Shown here in pieces: positions 46,107 through 56,407 of a stretch of DNA of 64,000 nt. Under the pieces are notes generated by a model, which did no database searches, had not been told where the DNA came from, and worked only from the letters and a program-made list of their open reading frames with translations. The stretch comes from an uncultured Acidobacteriota bacterium. Its GTDB lineage: Bacteria > Acidobacteriota > Vicinamibacteria > Vicinamibacterales > Fen-181. Within the stretch, counting starts at the first letter, position 1. Each line of letters begins with the position of its first letter. Where the stretch lies: contig CAWAMP010000014.1 in the NCBI GenBank assembly GCA_963783255.1, positions 135,692-199,691 of the forward strand, read 5' to 3'. The translations under genes were made by a program, and so were the position numbers.

Positions 46107-48605
46107 ATGAAGAGGAAGAGCCAGTCGCCAGCGCCCGAGAAGGTGACGGACGTTCGCACCGGACTGGACCCCGCGACCATCGCGCAGGCGTTCCGCGACA
46201 ACCTCGCCTGTTTCCAGGCCAGGTTCCCGGCCGTGGCCACCAGGAACGACTACTACATGGCGCTGGCCTATACGATCCGGGACCGGCTGCTGCAGCGCCA
46301 GATCCGGACCGCGCAGACCTACTTCCAGAAGCGCAGCCGCTCGGTCGCGTACCTTTCCGCCGAGTTCCTGCTGGGGCCGCAGCTCGGGAACAACCTGGTG
46401 AACCTCGGCATCTACCGCGAGACCCGGGAGGCGATGACGCTCGTGGGCCTCGACCTCGACGAACTGCTGGAGCAGGAGGAGGAGCCTGGGCTCGGCAACG
46501 GCGGCCTGGGAAGACTGGCAGCCTGCTTCCTGGACTCCATGGCCACGCTCGGCGTGGCGTCAATCGGCTACGGCGTCCGGTACGAATTCGGCATCTTCAA
46601 CCAGGCCATCCAGAACGGCTGGCAGGTGGAGCTGACCGACAAGTGGCTGCGCCTCGGGAACCCGTGGGAGATCTCGAGGCCCGAGATCGTCTTCGACGTG
46701 AAGTTCGGCGGCCGCACCGAGCACCACACCGAAAGCGGGGCCTCACGTGTGCGCTGGATCCCCCACCAGGTCGTGCGGGGGATGGCGTGCGACACGCCGG
46801 TGGTCGGCTACCTGAACGACACGGTGAACCTGCTCCGGCTGTGGAAGGCCGAGGCCGCCGAGTCGTTCGACTTCCAGGCCTTCAACACCGGCGACTATTA
46901 CGGCGCGGTGATGGAGAAGGTGAAGTCGGAGAACATCACCAAGGTGCTCTACCCGAACGACGTGTCGCCGCAGGGCAAGACGCTGCGGCTGCAGCAGCAG
47001 TACTTCTTCGTCTCGTGCGCGCTGCAGGACGTCATCCGCATCTACCTGCAGCGGGCGTCGGCGTTCGACGAGCTGCCCGACAAGTGGGCCGTTCAGCTCA
47101 ACGACACCCACCCCTCAATTGCCGTTGCCGAGCTGATGCGGCTGCTGGTCGACGAGCACGGCGTGGGCTGGGACGCGGCCTGGGAGATGACGCAGCGGAT
47201 GCTGGGCTACACCAACCACACACTGCTGCCCGAGGCGCTCGAGCGCTGGCCGATCACCCTGTTTGCGAGCCTCCTGCCGCGCCACCTCGAGATCATCTAC
47301 GAGATCAACCAGCGGTTCCTCGACCAGGTCCGCCGCGACTTTCCCGGCGACGAGGACCGGGTGCGGCGGCTGTCGATCATCGACGAGACCGGAGACCGCT
47401 GCGTCCGCATGGCACACCTGGCCTGCGTCGGGAGCCACGCCATCAACGGCGTGGCCGCGCTCCACAGCGACCTGCTGAAGACCGGGCTGCTGAAGGACTT
47501 TTTCGAGATCGCACCGGAGAAGTTCAGCAACAAGACCAACGGCGTCACGCCGCGCCGGTTCCTGGTCCTGAGCAATCCTGCGCTGACCGGGCTGCTCGCG
47601 GGGCGAATCGGCGACCGCTTCGCCAGCCGCCTGGACGAACTCGCCAAGCTTGAGCCGCTGGCCGAGGACCCCGGCTTCCGGGCAGAGTGGCGCGCGGTCA
47701 AGCGGCACAACAAGAGCGCCCTCGCCGCGCTGATTCGCGCCCGAACGGGCGTCGGCGTGGATGTGGACACCCTGTTCGACATCCAGGTGAAGCGGCTGCA
47801 CGAGTACAAGCGCCAGCTTCTGAACGTTCTGCACATTGCCACCCTGTACAACCGGGCGCGACGCGACCCGGCCGCCTCGATCCTGCCGCGCACCTTCGTG
47901 TTCGGCGGCAAGGCGGCGCCCGGCTACCACCGGGCGAAGCTGATCATCAAGTTGATCAACTCGGTGGCGGACGCGGTGAACCGCGACGAGGCGGTCGGCG
48001 GCCGCCTGCGGGTGGTGTTCATCCCGAACTTCAACGTCAAGAGCGCGCACCGGATCTATCCGGCGGCGGACCTGTCCGAGCAGATCTCGACGGCCGGCCT
48101 CGAGGCCTCGGGCACGGGCAACATGAAGTTCGCCATGAACGGCGCGCTGACGATCGGCACGCTGGACGGTGCCAACATCGAGATCCGCGACAAGGTGGGC
48201 GTCGAGAACTTCTTCCTGTTCGGCCTGACGGCCCCCGATGTGCTGGCTCTCAAGGCGCGGGGCTACCGGCCTCGCTCGTTCTACGAGTCCGATGCCGAAC
48301 TGCGCGAGGTGGTCGACCTGATCGGCGGCGGGCACTTCTCGCCGGGTGAGCCGGGGCTGTTCCAGCCCCTGGTCGATTCGCTCCTGAACGGCGACGAGTA
48401 CATGCTCCTGGCCGACTACCGGGCGTATGTCGACTGCCAGGAGCGGGCGAGTCTTGCGTACGCGGACGAGGACCGGTGGACGAAGATGTCCATCCTGAAC
48501 GTCGCGCGCGTCGGCTACTTCTCGTCGGACCGCACGATCCGCGAGTACTGCCGCGACATCTGGGGCGTGGAGCTGGCGTCGGGTGTCACGACACCCGGCC
48601 CCTGA
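46107..48605 (+). CDS. glgP: glycogen/alpha-glucan phosphorylase
   Basis: The ATG at 46107 gives MKRKSQSP... Conserved blocks YLSAEFLLGPQLGNNL, EPGLGNGGLGRLAACFLDS, LNDTHPSIAVAELMRLL, TNHTLLPEALE, and the PLP-site EASGTGNMKFAMNGALTIGTLDGANIE. Confidence 0.95.
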   Translation: MKRKSQSPAPEKVTDVRTGLDPATIAQAFRDNLACFQARFPAVATRNDYYMALAYTIRDRLLQRQIRTAQTYFQKRSRSVAYLSAEFLLGPQLGNNLVNLGIYRETREAMTLVGLDLDELLEQEEEPGLGNGGLGRLAACFLDSMATLGVASIGYGVRYEFGIFNQAIQNGWQVELTDKWLRLGNPWEISRPEIVFDVKFGGRTEHHTESGASRVRWIPHQVVRGMACDTPVVGYLNDTVNLLRLWKAEAAESFDFQAFNTGDYYGAVMEKVKSENITKVLYPNDVSPQGKTLRLQQQYFFVSCALQDVIRIYLQRASAFDELPDKWAVQLNDTHPSIAVAELMRLLVDEHGVGWDAAWEMTQRMLGYTNHTLLPEALERWPITLFASLLPRHLEIIYEINQRFLDQVRRDFPGDEDRVRRLSIIDETGDRCVRMAHLACVGSHAINGVAALHSDLLKTGLLKDFFEIAPEKFSNKTNGVTPRRFLVLSNPALTGLLAGRIGDRFASRLDELAKLEPLAEDPGFRAEWRAVKRHNKSALAALIRARTGVGVDVDTLFDIQVKRLHEYKRQLLNVLHIATLYNRARRDPAASILPRTFVFGGKAAPGYHRAKLIIKLINSVADAVNRDEAVGGRLRVVFIPNFNVKSAHRIYPAADLSEQISTAGLEASGTGNMKFAMNGALTIGTLDGANIEIRDKVGVENFFLFGLTAPDVLALKARGYRPRSFYESDAELREVVDLIGGGHFSPGEPGLFQPLVDSLLNGDEYMLLADYRAYVDCQERASLAYADEDRWTKMSILNVARVGYFSSDRTIREYCRDIWGVELASGVTTPGP

Positions 48606-50316
48606 CCCAGCGCGGAGCGACAATCAGCGCCGCGCCGTACACCGCGAGAGACAACACCAGGGTCGCCGGCCGGCCTGCGGGGAAGTCCTCCGTCAGCAGC
48701 TTGAGCCCTCCAAGGACGAGGACCACGTACATCAGCCAGCGGCCCTCGGCGAACACGCCGCGCCCTCCTGCCCACGCCAGCAGCAGCGCGGCCGCGCCAA
48801 CGACCACCGTGCGGATCGCCGCAGCCATCGCCGCGTCGGCCGACTGGCCGGGCACGCCCGCCACCAGCGGGACCGTGTAGCCGATGACCACGGCGCCCAC
48901 GCCCGCCAGCAGCATCACGACGACGACGATCTGCGGAATGCGCGCGGGCTGGCCTCGATACTCCGGCTCGGAGGTGACGGGGATGGCGGCGCACGCCGCA
49001 GCAGACGCCAGCACGACCGACGCCGGCAGCGAATTCGCCGCCCATCCTCTGGCAACCGACGCCGTGAACGCGTCGGTCATGAATGCGAACAGGCCCGACA
49101 CGATGGCGCCGGCCACGAGGTAGATGGCCGCGTGCAATCCGACCGCGGCGGCCCGGTAGCGGTTGCCGAGCACCGCAGCGGTCACGGCCAGGCCCGACCA
49201 GAGCATCGCCTGCACGGCCGGCCCGACCGTCAGGCTGGCGCCGGCCAGGACGAACACGATGGCCAGCGAGCTGTAGAAGACGAAGTTCTTCCAGTGTCCC
49301 TCGCTGCGATCCACGAACGCGAAGGCGACACCGTAGCTGCCGACCCCGAACACGAGGCTCGCGACGCCGAGCCCTGCGGCCCCGGCGCCCGTCGCCCGCA
49401 TGACGTACACGGCGCCGCCGAACGCCACCACGAGCAGCGCGATCGTCTGCACGACCTCGAACGGGATGACGTCGCGCGATCGCCACAGCGTGCGGGCCGC
49501 GATGCTGATCAGGTAACCCGCGAAGATGGCGAGCTGAAGCACCATGACCGCGCCGGCGCCCTCGCGTTGCCACACGCCGGTGACCGACCCGGCCATCACC
49601 AGCAGGCAGAGGTCTGCGACGAACGCAATGGGCCAGCGGAGCCAGATCCAGTCGAGCGCGTAGCCCATCCAGAGCGTGAACACGCCGAGGAACGCCAGGT
49701 AGAACCCGAACGGTGTGACCGGCCCGAGCGCGGTCAGGAAGAGCAGCGTGGCGGCGAGGCCCGCCATGCTGATGATCCAGGCCAGGCTCTGGACCCGTCG
49801 CTGCCACGCGACGACCAGCACCAGGGCCGTGACGCCGCCCATCGCCAGAGCCGCGGCCGCCGGCGAGAGCAGTCTCACGTTCTCGCGCACGGTCGCCTCC
49901 CAGAGGATCGGGAACGCGATCAGCGCGGTGGCCACACCGTAGGAGGCGGCCGTCAGCCGCTGTCGTATCGGGTCGAGCCGGTAGACAGGCACCAGCCACG
50001 CGATCGCGTAGGCGACGCCGAGAATCGTGCCGCCAACGCGGGGCAACGTGCCGGCGTCCGTCAGGGCGCGCAGCACGTACGCGCCGCCGAGGATGAGGCA
50101 CGTGCGCCCGACCAGCGAGAGCACGGACACAACCGAAACGTCTGAGGGTGTCTCGTAGGCGGCGTCGGCGGCGTCGGCCGCCGCCGCGGCTTCCGCGACC
50201 GCACCGGTCGATGCGGCCGGGCGTGACTCCAGTTCGGCGAGCCGCCGCTCGAGCGCGGTGACCGCGCCCGACAAGTCGGACACCTTCCGCTCGAGCGTTT
50301 CGAGGCGATCGTCCAT
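48586..50316 (-). CDS. DUF2339-like polytopic membrane protein with N-terminal coiled-coil
   Basis: MDDRLETLERKVSDLSGAVTALERRLAELE followed by more than 12 hydrophobic segments. The 3' end overlaps the glgP 3' end by 20 nt (convergent). Confidence 0.7.
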   Translation of the reverse strand: MDDRLETLERKVSDLSGAVTALERRLAELESRPAASTGAVAEAAAAADAADAAYETPSDVSVVSVLSLVGRTCLILGGAYVLRALTDAGTLPRVGGTILGVAYAIAWLVPVYRLDPIRQRLTAASYGVATALIAFPILWEATVRENVRLLSPAAAALAMGGVTALVLVVAWQRRVQSLAWIISMAGLAATLLFLTALGPVTPFGFYLAFLGVFTLWMGYALDWIWLRWPIAFVADLCLLVMAGSVTGVWQREGAGAVMVLQLAIFAGYLISIAARTLWRSRDVIPFEVVQTIALLVVAFGGAVYVMRATGAGAAGLGVASLVFGVGSYGVAFAFVDRSEGHWKNFVFYSSLAIVFVLAGASLTVGPAVQAMLWSGLAVTAAVLGNRYRAAAVGLHAAIYLVAGAIVSGLFAFMTDAFTASVARGWAANSLPASVVLASAAACAAIPVTSEPEYRGQPARIPQIVVVVMLLAGVGAVVIGYTVPLVAGVPGQSADAAMAAAIRTVVVGAAALLLAWAGGRGVFAEGRWLMYVVLVLGGLKLLTEDFPAGRPATLVLSLAVYGAALIVAPRWVRGRVS

Positions 50317-50399
50317 CGGACCTCCAATGGAGGGTTGTCTGGGGAGGATGCTCGCCGCATTTGACCCCAGACGCGCCGGGAACGCAAGAGGGAAGACCT

Positions 50400-52913
50400 C
50401 TATTCCGCGCGGAGCGCGATCATCGGGTCGACGCGGGTCGCGCGTCTGGCCGGCATCAGCGTCGCCACGAGACCGACCAGGACGACGAGGGCCAGGACGA
50501 ATGCGTAGGTCGCCGGGTCGAGCGCGCTGACGCCAAACAGCACGGTGCCGATGGCATCACGCCCGAGCGCGGCGATGGTGGCCGTCAAGCCGAAACCGAG
50601 CACGAGGCCCAGGCCGAGCTGGCGCGAGCCCTGCTTCAGCACCATGCCCATGACGCGCCGCTGATCGGCGCCGAGCGCCATCCGCACGCCGAACTCCTGC
50701 GTGCGCTGGTTCACCGAGAACGACATCACGCCGTAGATCCCGACCGCCGCGAGGATGATCGCCACCGCCCCGAAGACCGAGAACATGACCCCGATGATTC
50801 GAGGGGCGCTGACGGCCGCGTCCAGGTTCTCCGCCGGCGTCGCGGCGAAGTAGAGCGGCAGGTTCGGGTCCACCTTCTTCACCTGCCGCCGCAGCTCGGG
50901 CAGCAGGCTTCCGGGCGTCTGGCCCGGATGCGGCCTGACGACAACCGTGGCGAACTGGTTCGCCGCCATCCCGTCTCCGGCCGGCCCGAACGGGATCGAG
51001 TAGAACGGGACGTAGAACCCCGAGTCGTCGACGTTCGGGTTGTTGAACGGGCCCTGCATTCGCACGGTCGAGACCACGCCGACGATCGTGCGCCAGGGGC
51101 CGTACTGCGGCGTCGAGCCGTCACCCGTGCGGAACCGCCTGCCGAGCGCGCTTGCCGTGCCGAAGTGCTTCCTGGCGAACGCGGTGTTGACGATGGCCAC
51201 CGGGAGCTTCGAATCCAGGTCGTCGTCGTTGAACGTGCGCCCTTCAACGACCCGCTGCCCCGTCACTTCGAAGAAGGTGCCAGACACCTGTTCGAAATTC
51301 GCGTTCAGTCGATCACGCCGGTCGCGGTACGTCTTGCCTTCGATCTCCACCGGTCCGGCTCCGCTGAAGACCATCCGCAGCCGGCTCGAGAAGGCCACCG
51401 ACGCGAACTGGGCGCTGCCCCGAAGCTCGCGCATGAGCCGATCGAAGAAGACCTTCCTGGCAGCCGACGTCGGGTAGTCGCCGTCCATCAGGCCCATCCG
51501 TGCCGAGTAGATGCCGGCGGTGTCGTAGCCGTAGTCGATCCGCTGCTGCGCGAGAATCGAGCGGACCTGCAGCAGCGACCCGACGAGCAGCAGGCACGTC
51601 ACCACGACCTGTGTGACGACGAGGCCGCGGGTGACGAGGTTGATGGCCCGGCTGGTGCTGCCGCGCCCGCCCTCGCGAAGAACCTGGACGACGCTTGCGC
51701 GCGAGGCCATCCACGCGGGCAGCAGGCCGGAGACGACGGCTGCGAGCAGCGTGACGAAGACCGTGACGCCCAGCACCTTGCCGTCGATGTCGAACGTCAT
51801 CCACGCCGGCGGCGGGTTCTGCATGTTCCGGACGCTGGCGCTGAACCAGTCCACCGCGAAGTACGCCAGCCCGACGCCGACCGCCGAGCCCACGGCCGCC
51901 AGCATGAAGCTCTCGGTCAGCATCTGCCGGACCAGCCGGGCGCGGGTGGCGCCGAGCGACGACCGCACGGCCAGTTCCCGCGCGCGGAGCGTCGCCCTGG
52001 CGAACTGCATGTTCATCACGTTGAAGCACGCGATCAGCAGGACGCCCACGCAGAAGGCCAGCATGGTCCACATCAGGCCCTTCAGCTGCGGGCCCGTGAA
52101 CTGGTCGATGAGCCACAGCACCCGGCCTTCGGTGAACGTCTTGTTCGTGTCCGGATAGGCCGCCGCGAACCGTTTGGCGAACGCCGTCACCTCGGCGCGG
52201 GCGTTCTCGATTGTCACGCCGGGCCTGAGCATGCCGACGACGAACGGCGCGTTGGCCTCCGGGTCGTTCCGCGGCCGGACCGGGTACTCGCTGTAGAGCG
52301 GGATCCAGAGCTCGTCATTCACCGGGAAGGCGAAGCCGGGCGGCATCACGCCGACGATCGTGGCCGGCTTGCCGTTGATCCGGATGGCCTTGCCGACGAC
52401 GTCGGCCGTGCCGCCGAAGTCGCGCTGCCAGAGGCCGTGCCCGATGAGCGCCACCTTCTCGGCGCCGGGCGTGTTGTCGGCCGGCGTGAAGTCGCGGCCC
52501 ATGGCTGGACCGACACCGAGCACCCGCAGGAACGTGTCGGTGACGTAGGCGCCGGTGTAGCGCCGCGGGAGGCCGTCGAACGTGATGTTCACCGTCGCGC
52601 CGCTGATGGTGCCCGTCATCAATTCGAACGACTTCTGCTCGGGCCGCATCTCCTCGAAGTCCATCGACAGGAACTGCTGGTTCACGCCGAACGCCGTGGC
52701 CGTCGACGGGTCGGCGAAGGAGACGCCGACGAGGCGCTCGGCGTTCGGGAACGAGAAGCCGCGGAGCATGATCCCGTTCACCACGCTGAACTGCGTCGTG
52801 ACGGCGCAGATGCCGAGCGCCAGGACGAAGACGGCGAGCGCGCAGAACGCCTTCTCCTTGACGAGCACCCGGGCGCCGATTCGAACGTCACGGGCGACTG
52901 ACTCTGCCAGCAT
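50400..52913 (-). CDS. ADOP-type duplicated FtsX/MacB-like ABC permease
   Basis: Start taken at MLAESVARDVRIGARVLVKEKAFCALAVFVLALGICAVTT. It has two MacB-PCD-like periplasmic regions and two FtsX 4-TM modules. C-terminal LMPARRATRVDPMIALRAE. Confidence 0.85.
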   Translation of the reverse strand: MLAESVARDVRIGARVLVKEKAFCALAVFVLALGICAVTTQFSVVNGIMLRGFSFPNAERLVGVSFADPSTATAFGVNQQFLSMDFEEMRPEQKSFELMTGTISGATVNITFDGLPRRYTGAYVTDTFLRVLGVGPAMGRDFTPADNTPGAEKVALIGHGLWQRDFGGTADVVGKAIRINGKPATIVGVMPPGFAFPVNDELWIPLYSEYPVRPRNDPEANAPFVVGMLRPGVTIENARAEVTAFAKRFAAAYPDTNKTFTEGRVLWLIDQFTGPQLKGLMWTMLAFCVGVLLIACFNVMNMQFARATLRARELAVRSSLGATRARLVRQMLTESFMLAAVGSAVGVGLAYFAVDWFSASVRNMQNPPPAWMTFDIDGKVLGVTVFVTLLAAVVSGLLPAWMASRASVVQVLREGGRGSTSRAINLVTRGLVVTQVVVTCLLLVGSLLQVRSILAQQRIDYGYDTAGIYSARMGLMDGDYPTSAARKVFFDRLMRELRGSAQFASVAFSSRLRMVFSGAGPVEIEGKTYRDRRDRLNANFEQVSGTFFEVTGQRVVEGRTFNDDDLDSKLPVAIVNTAFARKHFGTASALGRRFRTGDGSTPQYGPWRTIVGVVSTVRMQGPFNNPNVDDSGFYVPFYSIPFGPAGDGMAANQFATVVVRPHPGQTPGSLLPELRRQVKKVDPNLPLYFAATPAENLDAAVSAPRIIGVMFSVFGAVAIILAAVGIYGVMSFSVNQRTQEFGVRMALGADQRRVMGMVLKQGSRQLGLGLVLGFGLTATIAALGRDAIGTVLFGVSALDPATYAFVLALVVLVGLVATLMPARRATRVDPMIALRAE

Positions 52914-53071
52914 ACGGTCTCCCCGGTCCCGAGGACGGCAGGACCCCATCGTCATTGCGCACGGATGGGCCAGGTTCGGCCGGCCGGGCGACACCACAGG
53001 CGTGAACGGGCCTACCGGAGTGAGACGTGTGTCGCCGGCGGAAGGTTCGGCCCCCGTGGGCGTCTGCCGCC

Positions 53072-55495
53072 CTACTCGCCCCTGAGCGCCTGCACCGGAT
53101 CGACTCGGGCCGCACGCAGGGCCGGCCACGCGCTGGCCACAAACGCCACGGCCGTCAGGCACAGACTCACGCCGGCGTAGGTTGCCGGGTCGGTCGGGGG
53201 GACCTCGAAGAGGAATCGCTCGACCAGCCGCGAGCCGGCTGCTGACGCCGCAAGGCCAATCGCGAGCCCCGGCACCACCATCATCGCGCTGCGGCGCATG
53301 ACGTTCGCGAGGACGACGGCCGCACCGGCGCCGAGCGCGATGCGGACGCCAATCTCGTGCGTGCGCTGGGTGACGTAGTAGGCGAGCACACCGTAGAGGC
53401 CGATGCCGGCCAGCAGCAGCGCCACACCCGAGAACGCGGTGAGGGTGATCGCGGTCACCCTCCGCGGCACCAGCGACTCGTCGATGATCGTGCCCATGCC
53501 CGCCAGCGGTTCGACGGCCATGTCCGGGTCCTTCGAGGAGACCAGCTTTCCGACGGCCCGCGTGAGCGACTCCGGTGCCACGCTGGTCCTCAGGATCACG
53601 TTCGCCCGCCTCAGCCCCTGCTGGTGTGCCGACACGTACGCCGCCGCCATCACATCCTCACCGGGCGACCCGATGCGGGAATCACCCACGACGCCCACCA
53701 CTTCGAACTCCATAGGGGCCGGGTCGCCCGCGACCATCACCTTCTGGCCGAGCGGGCTCTCGCCGGGGAAGAACTCGCGGGCCATGACGCCGTTGATCAC
53801 CATCACCCGAGCCGTTCCCTGGCGATCCGAAGGCGCGAAGTCGCGGCCCGCGACGAGCGTAACGCCCATCGTCTTGAAGTACCCGGGCATCACGACTCGC
53901 GCCAGCGCGGTCCGTTCCTGGGTGGAGTCGACCGGCGGCCGTTTCGCCGGCCACATCGGCGGGTCGCCGAACGGCTCGCGGACGGGCACGTGGCTCGCCA
54001 TCGTTGCGTCCGACACGCCAGGAATCGCGGCCAGATCGTCGCGGAGGCCCGTCAGGAACTGGATGCGACGCGCCTCGTCCTGGTAGGGGACGTCGATGGT
54101 CGTGACCTGAAGGCCCCGGCTGTTGAAGCCCAGATCGACCGCCATCAGCCGGCCGAGGCTCCGCAGCAGCAAGCCGGCGCCGACGAGCAGCACGAGCGAG
54201 ATCGCAACCTGCCCGATGACGAGCGCCGTGCGGAGCCTGGCGCCGCCTCTCGAATCGGTCGCGCGAGTGCCGGGCGCCAGGTGTTCGGCCAACCGCAGCG
54301 ACGAGGCCCGGACGGCCGGCGCGACGCCGCTCAACACACCGGTGACGAGCGACGCCGCCAGCGCGAACAGGAGTACCGGCATCTCCACGCCGTGCGCCTG
54401 GATGCCCATGTCGGCAAGTCCGGTCGCAATCGGCAGCAGACGCTGCAACCAGACGGCCAGCGCCACGCCCGCCAGGCCGGACACGGCGGCCAGCGCGACG
54501 CTCTCGGTGACGAGCTGCATGGCGATCCGCCCGCGGGACGCGCCGATCGCCGCCCGCACGGCCAGCTCCCCGCGTCGGGCCACGCCGCGCGCGACGAGCA
54601 GGCCGGCCACGTTTGCGCAGGCCACGAGGAGCACTAGGCCGACGGCGCCCATCAGGACGAGCAGCATGGGCCTCTGCTCGCGGAGCAGCGCGTCCTGAAG
54701 CGGCTCGAGCCGCATCGCCTTCTCCTTGTTCGTCTCGGGATACTGCTGCTGCAGGCGCCTGGAGACGACGTCCACCTGGCGCTGGGCGGCGTCGATCGAG
54801 AGGCCGGGCTTCAGGCGCCCGACGAGCACCCAGTTGTGGAACATCCGCGTCGTCGGCCCGTCGCCCTCGCCGCGCCGCCGGGGCACCCACAGGTCGGCCT
54901 GCTCGAGAAAGCGGTAGCTGGCGGGCATGACGCCGACGATGGTGGCGGCCGCCGCCGACCGGGCGATCCCGGAGACGGTGAGCGTTCGGCCGACCGCCGA
55001 CCCGGGGCTCCCGAACCGGCGGTTCGCCAGCCGCTCGCTGACGATGACGACGTAGGGCGCGCCGGCGCGGTCTTCGCCGGCCGTGAACGTCCGTCCGGCC
55101 ACCGGCGCAACCCCCAGCGTCGAGAACAGGTCGTACGACACCGCCGACGCCGGGACGCGCTCGGGGCGGGCGTTGCCGGTCACGGTCGTCTGGAAGGCCC
55201 CGGGCGTCGTCGCAGCCAGCGCCTCGAATCCCGGCGCCTGCTCGCGATAGTCGTAGTAGTCGGGGGCCGAGTGCAGCAGCAGCGGACGTCCGGCCACGGT
55301 GCGGCGCGCCAGGACGAGCCGCTCGGGCTGGCTGTAGGGCAGCGGCCTGAGCAGCGCCGCGTGGATGAGCCCGAACATCGCGGTGTTGGCGCCAATCCCG
55401 AGGGCGAGCGTGCCGATGACGACCGCCGTGAAGGCCGGCTGACGCCGCATCGAGCGAAACGCCAGCCGCAGGTCCGAAGACAGGGCCGACAGCAT
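53072..55495 (-). CDS. ADOP-type duplicated FtsX/MacB-like ABC permease
   Basis: Start taken at MLSALSSDLRLAFRSMRRQPAFTAVVIGTLALGIGANTAMF, the canonical ADOP N-terminus. C-terminal AWPALRAARVDPVQALRGE. Confidence 0.85.
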   Translation of the reverse strand: MLSALSSDLRLAFRSMRRQPAFTAVVIGTLALGIGANTAMFGLIHAALLRPLPYSQPERLVLARRTVAGRPLLLHSAPDYYDYREQAPGFEALAATTPGAFQTTVTGNARPERVPASAVSYDLFSTLGVAPVAGRTFTAGEDRAGAPYVVIVSERLANRRFGSPGSAVGRTLTVSGIARSAAAATIVGVMPASYRFLEQADLWVPRRRGEGDGPTTRMFHNWVLVGRLKPGLSIDAAQRQVDVVSRRLQQQYPETNKEKAMRLEPLQDALLREQRPMLLVLMGAVGLVLLVACANVAGLLVARGVARRGELAVRAAIGASRGRIAMQLVTESVALAAVSGLAGVALAVWLQRLLPIATGLADMGIQAHGVEMPVLLFALAASLVTGVLSGVAPAVRASSLRLAEHLAPGTRATDSRGGARLRTALVIGQVAISLVLLVGAGLLLRSLGRLMAVDLGFNSRGLQVTTIDVPYQDEARRIQFLTGLRDDLAAIPGVSDATMASHVPVREPFGDPPMWPAKRPPVDSTQERTALARVVMPGYFKTMGVTLVAGRDFAPSDRQGTARVMVINGVMAREFFPGESPLGQKVMVAGDPAPMEFEVVGVVGDSRIGSPGEDVMAAAYVSAHQQGLRRANVILRTSVAPESLTRAVGKLVSSKDPDMAVEPLAGMGTIIDESLVPRRVTAITLTAFSGVALLLAGIGLYGVLAYYVTQRTHEIGVRIALGAGAAVVLANVMRRSAMMVVPGLAIGLAASAAGSRLVERFLFEVPPTDPATYAGVSLCLTAVAFVASAWPALRAARVDPVQALRGE

Positions 55496-55674
55496 ATGAG
55501 TCCCACCGGCGCGCACAACCGGAGCCGTGCCGGGTGCCTTGCACAAGGTTGGACGGAAGAACAGCGGCTTCGGTTGCCCGCGCGACCAGGGCGGTGGACC
55601 AGACCGCGGCGAACCGACCCGTTGACTCGGGTGGGCCGGCGCGACGACAATCGGAGCGACAAAGGAGAATCGCG

Positions 55675-56214
55675 ATGAAGCTGGCAGCCCGGAAGATCCC
55701 CGCGAAATTCGTCCAGGCGATGCCGCGCGGCCTGCGCCTCGTGAAGAAGGACGGCGGCGACTTTCTGCTCGTCGAATCCGCCTTCTGCCCGAAGGGCCAC
55801 AACCTCGTCGTCGACAGCGTGCGGATTCACGACGAGGCGTCGGTCACGCTGAAGGTCACCATCCGCGGCGAGAGCGGGCTGATCTACGTCGACTCGTTCT
55901 GGGGCAGCCACGCAAAGCTGTTCTCCTTCATTCCGCTGCTGTCGGGAGCCGACGAGGCCTTCGTCGGCGCCCGCTGCCCCTACTGCGACGCGAGCATGAC
56001 CGAGCGGTTCGCCTGCCAGCAGAAGGGCTGCGGCTCGAAGCAGTCGATCCGGCTCCTGCTGCCGGGCGGCAAGAACGCCATCCACGTGTGCGCGCGGCTC
56101 GGGTGCCCCGGCCACGTCCTCGACATCGTGGACATGCCGCGGAACGTCGTCCAGACGGTGAGCGGGATCAACTACTTCGGCGTCGGCGGCGACGACCCGT
56201 TCGCGGGGATGTAG
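55675..56214 (+). CDS. Cys/His-rich hypothetical protein (putative zinc-binding)
   Basis: AAGGAG 8 nt upstream of the ATG at 55675. 179 aa with CPKGH, CPYCD..x..CQQKGC, CARLGCPGH. No family recognised. Confidence 0.6.
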   Translation: MKLAARKIPAKFVQAMPRGLRLVKKDGGDFLLVESAFCPKGHNLVVDSVRIHDEASVTLKVTIRGESGLIYVDSFWGSHAKLFSFIPLLSGADEAFVGARCPYCDASMTERFACQQKGCGSKQSIRLLLPGGKNAIHVCARLGCPGHVLDIVDMPRNVVQTVSGINYFGVGGDDPFAGM

Positions 56215-56222
56215 GGACTGAA

Positions 56223-56380
56223 GTCGGGCCTGACGCTGTCAGTCGGGCCTGACGCTGTCAGTCGGTGCTGACGATTGTCAGTCGATGCTGACGATGAAGG
56301 GTCGGCGCTGACGATGAATGGTCGGGACTGACGAACGCCGGCCGGAGCCTGCGGCTGTCAGTCGGGCCCGCACTGGAGGC
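56223..56380. repeat. 19/20-nt tandem array (about 8 units, GTCGGNNCTGACGNTGNNN), each unit a small hairpin
   Basis: gtcgggcctgacgctgtca x2, then gtcggtgctgacgattgtca, gtcgatgctgacgatgaagg, gtcggcgctgacgatgaatg, gtcgggactgacgaacgccg ... The first units contain the ctgac-gct-gtcag stem-loop. The array lies between convergent genes. Confidence 0.8.
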
Positions 56381-56407
56381 GGGCAACAGGACACTTTTCG
56401 GAGAGCG

